Positions 37,301-48,619 of a stretch of DNA of 64,000 bases are shown here, piece by piece; position 1 is the first letter of the stretch; each line of letters begins with the position of its first letter. The position numbers and the translations under genes are program-made. The notes under the pieces are model-generated. The model was given only the letters and a program-made list of their open reading frames with translations. It was not told the origin of the DNA and did no database searches. The DNA lies in contig OZ024743.1 in the NCBI GenBank assembly GCA_964016885.1, positions 133,238,001-133,302,000 of the forward strand, given 5' to 3'. The stretch is from Eledone cirrhosa. Lineage: Eukaryota.

Positions 37301-40300
37301 CGTGTTTGGTGTTTGGTGTTTGGTGTTTAATGCTTGGTGCTTGGTGTTTGGTGTTTGGTGTTTGGTGCTTGGTGCTTGGTGTTTGGTGCTTGGTGCTTGG
37401 TGCTGGGTGTTTGGTGCTTGGTGCTTGGTGTTTGGTGCTTGGTGCTTGATGCTTGGTGCTTGGTGTTTGGTCCTTGGTGCTTGGTGCTTGGTCTTTGGTG
37501 CTTGGGGTTTGGTGTTTGGTGCTTGGTGCTTGGTGTTTGGTGCTTGGTGCTTGGTGCTTGGTGCTTGGTGTTTGGTGCTTGCTGCTTGGTGCTTGGTGTT
37601 TGGTGCTTGGTGCTTGGTGATTAGTGTTTGGTGCATGGTGCTTGGTGTTTGTTGTTTGGTGCTTGGTGCTTGGTGTTTGGTGCTTGGTGCTTGCTGTTTG
37701 GTGTTTGGTGTTTGGTGCTTGGTGCTTGGTGTTTGGTGTTTGGTGTTTGGTGCTTGGTGCTTGGTGTTTGGTGCTTGGTGTTTGGTGTTTGGTGCTTGGT
37801 GTTTGGTACTTGGTGCTTGGTGCTTGGTGTTAAGTGTTTGGTGCTTGGTGCTTGGTGTTTGGTGCTTCGTGCTTGGTGCTTGGTGTTTGGTGCATGGTGC
37901 TTGGTGTTTGGGGCTTGGTGCCTGGGGCTTTGTGTTTGGTGCTAGGTGCTTGGTGCTTGGTCTTTGGTGTTTGGTGCTTGGTGCTTGGTGCTTGGTGTTT
38001 GGTGCTTGATGCTTGGTGCTTGGTTATTAGTGTTTGGTGCTTGGTGCTTGGGGTTTGGTGTTTGGTGCTTGGTGCTTGGTGTTTGGTGTTTGCTGTATGG
38101 TGTTTGCTGTTTCGTGTTTGGTGTTTGCTGTTTGGTGTTTAATGCTTGGTGCTTGGTGCTTGGTGTTTGGTGCTTGGTGCTTGGTGCTTGGTGTTTGGCG
38201 TTTGCTCTTTGCTGTTTGGTGTTTGGTGCTTGCTGTTTGGTGTTTGGTGTTTGGTGTTTGGTGTTTGGTGCTTGCTGTTTGGTGCTTGGTGCTTGGTGTT
38301 TGGTGTTTGGTGTTTGGTGCTTGGTGCTTGGTGTTTGGTGGTTGGTGCTTGGTGCTGGGTGTTTGGTTCTAGGTGCTTGGTGTTTGGTGCTTGGTGCTTG
38401 GTGCTTGGTGCTTGGTCTTTGGTGCTTGGTGTTTGGTGCTTGGTGCTTGGTGCTTGGTGTTTGGTGCTTGGGGCTTGGTGTTTGGTGCTTGGTGATTGCT
38501 GCTTGGTGTTTGGTGTTTGGTGCTTGGTGCTTGGTGCTTAGTGTTTGGTGCTTGGTGCTTGGTGTCTGGTGCTTGGTGCTTGTTGTTTGGTGCTTGGTGC
38601 TTGGTGATTAGTGTTTGGTGCTTGGTGCTTGGGGCTTGGTGTTTGGTCCTTGGTGCTTGGTGCTTGCTGTTTGGTGGTTGCTGTTTGGTGCTTGGTGTTT
38701 GGTGCTTGGTGCTTGGTGCTTGGTTTTTGGTGCTTGGTGCTTGGTGCTTGGTGTTTGGTGCTTGGTGCTTGGTGCTTGTTGTTTGGTGCTTGGTGCTTGG
38801 TCTTTGGTGCTTGGTGTTTGGTGTTTGGTGCTTGTTGCTTGGTGTTTGGTGCTTGGTGCCTGGTGCTTGGTGTTTGGTGCTTGGTGCTTGGTGTTTGCTG
38901 ATTGGTGCTTGGTGCTTGGTGCTTGGTGCTTAGTGCTTGGTGTTTGGTGTTTGGTGCTTGGTGTTTGGTGTTTGGTGTTTGATGCTTGGTTTTTGCTGCT
39001 TGGTGCTTGGTGCTTGGTGCTTGGTGTTCTGTATTTGGTGCTTGGTGCTTGGTGCCTGGTGCTTGGTGCTTGGTGCTTGTTGTTTGGTGCTTGGTGCTTG
39101 GTGATTAGTCTTTGGTGCTTGGTGTTTGGTGTTTGGTGTTTCGTGCTTGGTGTCTAGTGTTTGGTGTTTGGTGCTTGGTGCTTGGTGTTTGGTGTTTGGT
39201 GCTTGGTGTTTGGTGCTTGGTGCTTTGAGCTTGGTGTTTGGTGCTGGGTGTATGGTGTTTGGTGCTTGGTGCTTGGTGCTTGGTGTTTGGTGTTTAGTGC
39301 TTGGTACTTGGTGTTTGGTGTTTGATGCTTGGTGTTTGATGCTTGTTGCTTGGTGCTTGGTGTTTTGTGTTTGGTGTTTGGTGCTTGGTGTATGTACTTG
39401 GTGCTTGGTGCTTGGTGTTTGGTGCTTGGTTCTTGGTGTTTGGTGCTTGGTGCTTGGTGTTTGGTGCTTGGTGTTTGGTGTTTGGTGCTTGGTGTTTGGT
39501 ACTTGGTGCTTGGTGCTTGGTGTTTGGTGCTTGGTTCTTGGTTTTTGGTGCTTGGTGCTTGGGGCTTGGTGTTTGGTGCTTGGTACTTGGTGTTTGGTGC
39601 TTGGTGTTAGGTGTTTGGTGCTTGGTGTTTGGTACTTGGTGCTTGGTGCTTGGTGTTAAGTGTTTGGTGCTTGGTGTTTGGTGCTTCGTGCTTGGTGCTT
39701 GGTGTTTGGTGCATGGTGCTTGGTGTTTGGGGCTTGGTGCCTGGTGCTTTCTGTTTGGTGCTAGGTGCTTGGTGCTTGGTCTTTGGTGTTTGGTGCTTGG
39801 TGCTTGGTGCTTGGTGTTTGGTGCTTGGTGCTTGGTGCTTGGTAATTAGTGTTTAGTGCTTGGTGCTTGGGGTTTGGTGTTTGGTGCTTGGTGCTTGGTG
39901 TTTGGTGTTTGCTGTATGGTGTTTGCTGTTTCGTGTTTGGTGTTTGGTGTTTGGTGTTTAATGCTTGGTGCTTGGTGTTTGGTGTTTGGTGTTTGGTGCT
40001 TGGTGCTTGGTGTTTGGTGCTTGGTGCTTGGTGCTGGGTGTTTGGTGCTTGGTGCTTGGTGTTTGGTGCTTAGTGCTTCATGCTTGGTGCTTGGTGTTTG
40101 GTCCTTGGTGCTTGGTGCTCGGTCTTTGGTGCTTGGGGTTTGGTGTTTGGTGCTTGGTGCTTGGTGTTTGGTGCTTGGTGCTTGGTGCTTGGTGTTTGGT
40201 GTTTGGTGCTTGCTGCTTGGTGCTTGGTGTTTGGTGTTTGGTGTTTGGTGCTTGGTGTTTGGTGTTTGGTGCTTGGTGTTTGGTGCTTGGTGTATGTACT

Positions 40301-43300
40301 TGGTGCATGGTGCTTGGTGTTTGGTGCTTGGTTCTTGGTGTTTGGTGCTTGGTGCTTGGTGCTTGGTGTTTGGTGCTTGGTGCTTGGTGTTTGGTACTTG
40401 GTGCTTGGTGTTTGGTGTTTGGTGCTTGGTGTTTGGTGCTTGGTGCTTGGTGCTTGGTGTTAAGTGTTTGGTGCTTGGTGCTTCGTGTTTGGTGCTTGGT
40501 GCTTGGTGCTTGGTGCTTGGTGTTTGGTGCATGGTGCTTGATGTTTGGGGCTTGGTGCCTGGTGCTTGGTGTTTGGTGCTTGGTGCTTGGTGCTTGGTGT
40601 TTGGTGTTTGGTGCTTGGTGCTTGGTGTTTGGTGCTTGGTGTTTGGTGCTTGGTGTTCGGTGCTTGGTGCTTGGTGCTTGGTACTTGGTGTTAGGTTTTT
40701 GGTGCTTGGGGCTTGGTGTTTGGTGTTTGGTGCTTGGTGCTTGGTGTTTGGTGTTTGGTGCTTGGTGTTTGGTGTTTGGTGCTTTGTGCTTGGTGTTTGG
40801 TGCTGGGTGTATGGTGTTTGGAGCTTGGTGCTTGGTGCTTGGTGTTTGGTTTTAAGTGTTTAGTGCTTGGTGCATGGTGTTTGGTGCCTCGTGCTTGGTG
40901 CTTGGTGTTTGGTGCATGGTGCTTGGTGTTTGGGGCTTGGTGCCTGGTGCTTTGTGTTTGGTGCTAGGTGCTTGGTGCTTGGTCTTTGGTGATTGGTGCT
41001 TGGTGCTTGGTGCTTGGTGTTTGGTGCTTGGTGCTTGGTGCTTGGTTATTAGTGTTTGGTGCTTGGTGCTTGGGGTTTGGTGTTTGGTGCTTGGTGCTTG
41101 GTGTTTGGTGTTTGCTGTATGGTGTTTGCTGTTTGGTGTTTGGTGTTTGCTGTTTGGTGTTTAATGCTTGGTGCTTGGTGCTTGGTGTTTGGTGGTTGGT
41201 GCTTGGTGCTTGGTGATTGGCGTTTGCTCTTTGCTGTTTGGTGTTTGGTGCTTGCTGTTTGGTGTTTGGTGTTTGGTGTTTGGTGTTTGGTGCTTGCTGT
41301 TTGGTGCTTGGTGCTTGGTGTTTGGTGTTTGGTGTTTGGTGCTTGGTGCTTGGTGTTTGGTGGTTGGTGCTTGGTGCTGGGTGTTTGGTGCTTGGTGCTT
41401 GGTGTTTGGTGCTTGGTGCTTGGTGCTTGGTGCTTGGTCTTTGGTGCTTGGTGTTTGGTGTTTGGTGCTTGGTGCTTGGTGTTTGGTGCTTGGTGATTGC
41501 TGCTTGGTGTTTGGTGTTTGGTGCTTGGTGCTTGTTGCTTGGTGATTAGTGTTTGGTGCTTGGTGCTTGGTGCCTTGTGCTTGGTGCTTGGTGCTTGTTG
41601 TTTGGTGCTTGGTGCTTGGTGATTAGTGTTTGGTGCTTGGTGCTTGGTGCCTGGTGCTTGGTGCTTGTTGTTTGGTGCTTGGTGCTTGGTGATTAGTGTT
41701 TGGTGCCTGGTGCTTGGTGCTTGCTGTGTGGTGGTTGCTGTTTGGTGCTTGGTGTTTGGTGCTTGGTGCTTGGTGCTGGGTGGTTGGTGCTTGGTGCTTG
41801 GTGTTTGGTGCTTGGTGCTTGGTGCTTGTTGTTTGGTGCTTGGTGATTGGTCTTTGGTGCTTGGTGTTTGGTGTTTGGTGCTTGGTGCTTGGTGCTTGGT
41901 TTTTGGTGCTTGGTGCTTGGTGCTTGGTGTTTGGTGCTTGGTGCTTGGTGCTTGTTGTTTGGTGTTTGGTGCTTGGTGCTTGGTGTTTGGTGCTTGGTGC
42001 CTGGTGCTTGGTGTTTGGTGCTTGGTGCTTGGTGTTTGCTGATTGGTGCTTGGTGCTTGGTGCTTAGTGCTTGGTGTTTGGTGTTTGGTGTTTGGTGTTT
42101 GGTGTTTCGTGCTTGGTGTCTAGTGTTTGGGTTTTGGTGTTTGGTGCTTGGTGCTTAGTGTTTGGTGTTTGGTGCTTGGTGCTTGGTGTTTGGTGTTTGG
42201 TGCTTGGTGTTTGGTGCTGGGTGCTTTGTGCTTGGTGTTTGGTGCTGGGTGTATGGTGTTTGGTGCTTGGTGCTTGGTGCTTGGTGCTTGGTGTTTGGTG
42301 TTTGGTGCTTGGTACTTGGTGTTTGGTTTTTGATGCTTGGTGTTTGATGCTTGTTGCTTTGTGCTTGGTGTTTTGTGTTTGGTGTTTGGTGCTTGGTGTA
42401 TGTACTTGGTGCTTGGTGCTTGGTGTTTGGTGCTTGGTTCTTGGTGTTTGGTGCTTGGTGCTTGGTATTTGGTGCTTGGTGTTTGGTGTTTGGTGCTTGG
42501 TGTTTGGTACTTGGTGCTTGGTGCTTGGTGTTAAGTGTTTGGTGCTTGGTGCTTGGTGTTTGGTGCTTCGTGCTTGGTTCTTGGTGTTTGGTGCATGGTG
42601 CTTGGTGTTTGGGGCTTGGTGCCTGGTGCTTTGTGTTTGGTGCTAGGTGCTTGGTGCTTGGTCTTTGGTGTTTGGTGCTTGGTGCTTGGTGCTTGGTGCT
42701 TGGTTATTAGTGTTTGGTGCTTGGTGCTTGGGGTTTGGTGTTTGGTGCTTGGTGCTTGGTGTTTGGTGTTTGCTGTATGGTGTTTGCTGTTTCTTGTTTG
42801 GTGTTTGCTGTTTGGTGTTTAAGGCTTGGTGCTTGGTGCTTGGTGTTTGGTGCTTGGTGCTTGGTGCTTGGTGTTTGGCGTTTGCTCTTTGCTGTTTGGT
42901 GTTTGGTGCTTGCTGTTTGGTGTTTGGTGTTTGGTGTTTGGTGTTTGGTGCTTGCTGTTTGGTGCTTGGTGCTTGGTGCTGGGTGTTTGGTGCTTGGTGC
43001 TGGGTGTTTGGTGCTTGGTGCTTGGTGTTTGGTCCTTGGTGCTTGGTGCTTGGTCTTTGGTTCTTGGGGTTTGGTGTTTGGTGCTTGGTGCTCGGTGTTT
43101 GGTGCTTGGTGCTTGGTGCTTGGTGTTTGGTGTTTGGTGCTTGCTGCTTGGTGCTTGGTGTTTGGTGCTTGGTCCTTGGTGATTAGTGTTTGGTGCATGG
43201 TGCTTGGTGTTTGTTTCTGGTGCTTGGTGCTTGGTGTTTGGTGCTTGGTGCTTGCTGTTTGGTGTTTGGTGTTTGGTGCTTGGTGCTTGGTGTTTGGTGC

Positions 43301-46300
43301 TTGGTGTTTGGTTCTTGGTGTATGTACTTGGTGCTTGGTGCTTGGTGTTTGGTGCTTGGTTCTTGGTGTTTGGTACTTGGTGTTTGGTGTTTGGTGCTTG
43401 GTGTTTGGTGCTTGGTGTTTGGTGCTTGGTGCTTGGTGTTTGGTACTTGGTGCTTGGTGATTAGTGTTTGGTGCATGGTGCTTGGTGTTTGTTGTTTGGT
43501 GCTTGGTGCTTGGTGTTTGGTGCTTGGTGCTTCCTGTTTGGTGTTTGGTGTTTGCTGCTTGGTGCTTGGTGTTTGGTGCTTGGTGTTTGGTTCTTGGTGT
43601 ATGCACTTGGTGCTTGGTTCTTGGTGTTTGGTGCTTGGTGTTTGGTGTTTGGTGCTTGGTGTTTGGTGCTTGGTGCTTGGTGCTTGGTGTTAAGTGTTTG
43701 GTGCATGGTGCTTGGTGTTTGGTGCTTCGTGCTTGGTGCTTGGTGTTTGGTGCATGGTGCTTGATGTTTGGGGCTTGGTGCCTGGTGCTTGGTGTTTGGT
43801 GCTTGGTGCTTGGTGCTTGGTGTTTGGTATTTGGTGCTTGGTGCTTGGTGTTTGGTGCTTGGTGTTTGGTGCTTGGTGTTCAGTGCTTGGTGCTTGGTGC
43901 TTGGTACTTGGTGTTAGGTTTTTGGTGCTTGGGGCTTGGTGTTTGGTGTTTGGTGCTTGGTGCTTGGTGTTTGGTGTTTGGTGCTTGGTGTTTGGTGCTT
44001 GGTGCTTTGTGCTTGGTGTTTGGTGCTGGGTGTATGGTGTTTGGTGCTTGGTGCTTGGTGCTTGGTGTTTGGTGTTTGGTGCTTGGTACTTGGTGTTTGG
44101 TGTTTGATGCTTGGTGTTTGATGCTTGTTGCTTGGTGCTTGGTGTTTTGTGTTTGGTGTCTGGTGCTTGGTGTTTGGTGCTTGGTGCTTGGTGTTTGGTG
44201 CTTGGTGTTTGGTGTTTGGTGTTTGGTGTTTGGTGCTTGGTGCTTGGTGTTTGGTGCTTGGTGCTTGGTGCTGGGTGTTTGGTGCTTGGTGCTTGGTGTT
44301 TGGTGCTTGGTGCTTGATGCTTGGTGCTTGGTGTTTGGTCCTTGGTCATTGGTGCTTGGTCTTTGGTGCTTGGGGTTTGGTGTTTGGTGCTTGGTGCTTG
44401 GTGTTTGGTGCTTGGTGCTTGGTGCTTGGTGTTTGGTGTTTGGTGCTTGCTGCTTGGTGCTTGGTGTTTGGTGCTTGGTGCTTGGTGATTAGTGTTTGGT
44501 GCATGCTGCTTGGTGTTTGTTGTTTGGTGCTTGGTGCTTGGTGTTTGGTGCTTGGTGCTTGCTGTTTGGTGTTTTGTGTTTGGTGCTTGGTGCTTGGTGT
44601 TTGGTGTTTGGTGTTTGGTGTTTGGTGTTTGGTGCTTGGTGCTTGGTGTTTGGTGCTTGGTGCTTGGTGCTTGGTGTTTGGAGCTTGGTGCTTGGTGTTT
44701 GGTACTTGGTGCTTGGTGTTTGGTGTTTGGTGCTTGGTGTTTGGTGCTTGGTGCTTGGTGCTTGGTGTTAAGTGTTTGGTGCTTGGTGCTTCGTGTTTGG
44801 TGCTTCGTGCTTGGTGCTTGGTGTTTGGTGCATGGTGCTTGATGTTTGGGGCTTGGTGCCTGGTGCTTGGTGTTTGGTGCTTGGTGCTTGGTGCTTGGTG
44901 TTTGGTGTTTGGTGCTTGGTGCTTGGTGTTTGGTGCTTGGTGTTTGGTGCTTGGTGTTCGGTGCTTGGTGCTTGGTGCTTGGTACTTGGTGTTAGGTTTT
45001 TGGTGCTTGGGGCTTGGTGTTTGGTGTTTGGTGCTTGGTGCTTGGTGTTTGGTGTTTGGTGCTTGGTGTTTGGTGTTTGGTGCTTTGTGCTTGGTGTTTG
45101 GTGCTGGGTGTATGGTGTTTGGTGCTTGGTGCTTGGTGCTTGGTGTTTGGTGTTTGGTGCTTGGTACTTGGTGTTTGGTGTTTGATGCTTGGTGTTTGAT
45201 GCTTGTTGCTTGGTGCTTGGTGTTTTGTGTTTGGTGTTTGGTGCTTGGTGTATGTACTTGGTGCTTGGTGCTTGGTGCTTGGTGTTTGGTGCTTGGTGTT
45301 TGGTGCTTGGTGTTCGGTGCTTGGTGCTTGGTGCTTGGTACTTGGTGTTAGGTTTTTGGTGCTTGGGGCTTGGTGTTTGGTGTTTGGTGCTTGGTGCTTG
45401 GTGTTTGGTGTTTGGTGCTTGGTGTTTGGTGTTTGGTGCTTTGTGCTTGGTGTTTGGTGCTGGGTGTATGGTGTTTGGAGCTTGGTGCTTGGTGCTTGGT
45501 GTTTGGTTTTAAGTGTTTAGTGCTTGGTGCATGGTGTTTGGTGCCTCGTGCTTGGTGCTTGGTGTTTGGTGCATGGTGCTTGGTGTTTGGGGCTTGGTGC
45601 CTGGTGCTTTGTGTTTGGTGCTAGGTGCTTGGTGCTTGGTCTTTGGTGATTGGTGCTTGGTGCTTGGTGCTTGGTGTTTGGTGCTTGGTGCTTGGTGCTT
45701 GGTTATTAGTGTTTGGTGCTTGGTGCTTGGGGTTTGGTGTTTGGTGCTTGGTGCTTGGTGTTTGGTGTTTGCTGTATGGTGTTTGCTGTTTGGTGTTTGG
45801 TGTTTGCTGTTTGGTGTTTAATGCTTGGTGCTTGGTGCTTGGTGTTTGGTGGTTGGTGCTTGGTGCTTGGTGATTGGCGTTTGCTCTTTGCTGTTTGGTG
45901 TTTGGTGCTTGCTGTTTGGTGTTTGGTGTTTGGTGTTTGGTGTTTGGTGCTTGCTGTTTGGTGCTTGGTGCTTGGTGTTTGGTGTTTGGTGTTTGGTGCT
46001 TGGTGCTTGGTGTTTGGTGGTTGGTGCTTGGTGCTGGGTGTTTGGTGCTTGGTGCTTGGTGTTTGGTGCTTGGTGCTTGGTGCTTGGTGCTTGGTCTTTG
46101 GTGCTTGGTGTTTGGTGTTTGGTGCTTGGTGCTTGGTGTTTGGTGCTTGGTGATTGCTGCTTGGTGTTTGGTGTTTGGTGCTTGGTGCTTGTTGCTTGGT
46201 GATTAGTGTTTGGTGCTTGGTGCTTGGTGCCTTGTGCTTGGTGCTTGGTGCTTGTTGTTTGGTGCTTGGTGCTTGGTGATTAGTGTTTGGTGCTTGGTGC

Positions 46301-48619
46301 TTGGTGCCTGGTGCTTGGTGCTTGTTGTTTGGTGCTTGGTGCTTGGTGATTAGTGTTTGGTGCCTGGTGCTTGGTGCTTGCTGTGTGGTGGTTGCTGTTT
46401 GGTGCTTGGTGTTTGGTGCTTGGTGCTTGGTGCTGGGTGGTTGGTGCTTGGTGCTTGGTGTTTGGTGCTTGCTGCTTGGTGCTTGTTGTTTGGTGCTTGG
46501 TGATTGGTCTTTGGTGCTTGGTGTTTGGTGTTTGGTGCTTGGTGCTTGGTGCTTGGTTTTTGGTGCTTGGTGCTTGGTGCTTGGTGTTTGGTGCTTGGTG
46601 CTTGGTGCTTGTTGTTTGGTGTTTGGTGCTTGGTGCTTGGTGTTTGGTGCTTGGTGCCTGGTGCTTGGTGTTTGGTGCTTGGTGCTTGGTGTTTGCTGAT
46701 TGGTGCTTGGTGCTTGGTGCTTAGTGCTTGGTGTTTGGTGTTTGGTGTTTGGTGTTTGGTGTTTCGTGCTTGGTGTCTAGTGTTTGGGTTTTGGTGTTTG
46801 GTGCTTGGTGCTTAGTGTTTGGTGTTTGGTGCTTGGTGCTTGGTGTTTGGTGTTTGGTGCTTGGTGTTTGGTGCTGGGTGCTTTGTGCTTGGTGTTTGGT
46901 GCTGGGTGTATGGTGTTTGGTGCTTGGTGCTTGGTGCTTGGTGCTTGGTGTTTGGTGTTTGGTGCTTGGTACTTGGTGTTTGGTTTTTGATGCTTGGTGT
47001 TTGATGCTTGTTGCTTGGTGCTTGGTGTTTTGTGTTTGGTGTTTGGTGCTTGGTGTATGTACTTGGTGCTTGGTGCTTGGTGTTTGGTGCTTGGTTCTTG
47101 GTGTTTGGTGCTTGGTGCTTGGTATTTGGTGCTTGGTGTTTGGTGTTTGGTGCTTGGTGTTTGGTACTTGGTGCTTGGTGCTTGGTGTTAAGTGTTTGGT
47201 GCTTGGTGCTTGGTGTTTGGTGCTTCGTGCTTGGTTCTTGGTGTTTGGTGCATGGTGCTTGGTGTTTGGGGCTTGGTGCCTGGTGCTTTGTGTTTGGTGC
47301 TAGGTGCTTGGTGCTTGGTCTTTGGTGTTTGGTGCTTGGTGCTTGGTGCTTGGTGCTTGGTTATTAGTGTTTGGTGCTTGGTGCTTGGGGTTTGGTGTTT
47401 GGTGCTTGGTGCTTGGTGTTTGGTGTTTGCTGTATGGTGTTTGCTGTTTCTTGTTTGGTGTTTGCTGTTTGGTGTTTAAGGCTTGGTGCTTGGTGCTTGG
47501 TGTTTGGTGCTTGGTGCTTGGTGCTTGGTGTTTGGCGTTTGCTCTTTGCTGTTTGGTGTTTGGTGCTTGCTGTTTGGTGTTTGGTGTTTGGTGTTTGGTG
47601 TTTGGTGCTTGCTGTTTGGTGCTTGGTGCTTGGTGCTGGGTGTTTGGTGCTTGGTGCTGGGTGTTTGGTGCTTGGTGCTTGGTGTTTGGTCCTTGGTGCT
47701 TGGTGCTTGGTCTTTGGTTCTTGGGGTTTGGTGTTTGGTGCTTGGTGCTCGGTGTTTGGTGCTTGGTGCTTGGTGCTTGGTGTTTGGTGTTTGGTGCTTG
47801 CTGCTTGGTGCTTGGTGTTTGGTGCTTGGTCCTTGGTGATTAGTGTTTGGTGCATGGTGCTTGGTGTTTGTTTCTGGTGCTTGGTGCTTGGTGTTTGGTG
47901 CTTGGTGCTTGCTGTTTGGTGTTTGGTGTTTGGTGCTTGGTGCTTGGTGTTTGGTGCTTGGTGTTTGGTTCTTGGTGTATGTACTTGGTGCTTGGTGCTT
48001 GGTGTTTGGTGCTTGGTTCTTGGTGTTTGGTACTTGGTGTTTGGTGTTTGGTGCTTGGTGTTTGGTGCTTGGTGTTTGGTGCTTGGTGCTTGGTGTTTGG
48101 TACTTGGTGCTTGGTGATTAGTGTTTGGTGCATGGTGCTTGGTGTTTGTTGTTTGGTGCTTGGTGCTTGGTGTTTGGTGCTTGGTGCTTCCTGTTTGGTG
48201 TTTGGTGTTTGCTGCTTGGTGCTTGGTGTTTGGTGCTTGGTGTTTGGTTCTTGGTGTATGCACTTGGTGCTTGGTTCTTGGTGTTTGGTGCTTGGTGTTT
48301 GGTGTTTGGTGCTTGGTGTTTGGTGCTTGTTGCTTGGTGCTTGGTGTTAAGTGTTTGGTGCATGGTGCTTGGTGTTTGGTGCTTCGTGCTTGGTGCTTGG
48401 TGTTTGGTGCATGGTGCTTGATGTTTGGGGCTTGGTGCCTGGTGCTTGGTGTTTGGTGCTTGGTGCTTGGTGCTTGGTGTTTGGTATTTGGTGCTTGGTG
48501 CTTGGTGTTTGGTGCTTGGTGTTTGGTGCTTGGTGTTCAGTGCTTGGTGCTTGGTGCTTGGTACTTGGTGTTAGGTTTTTGGTGCTTGGGGCTTGGTGTT
48601 TGGTGTTTGGTGCTTGGTG
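25313..48619 (+). repeat. Near-identical tandem duplication of 11,643/11,644 bp (copy 1 ~25313-36955, copy 2 ~36956-48619)
   Basis: ORFs are offset by 11643 before ~28014 (25575->37218, 27483->39126) and 11644 after (28202->39846, 32481->44125, 35720->47364). The 1-bp change matches a missing T at 28014. Confidence 0.93.
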
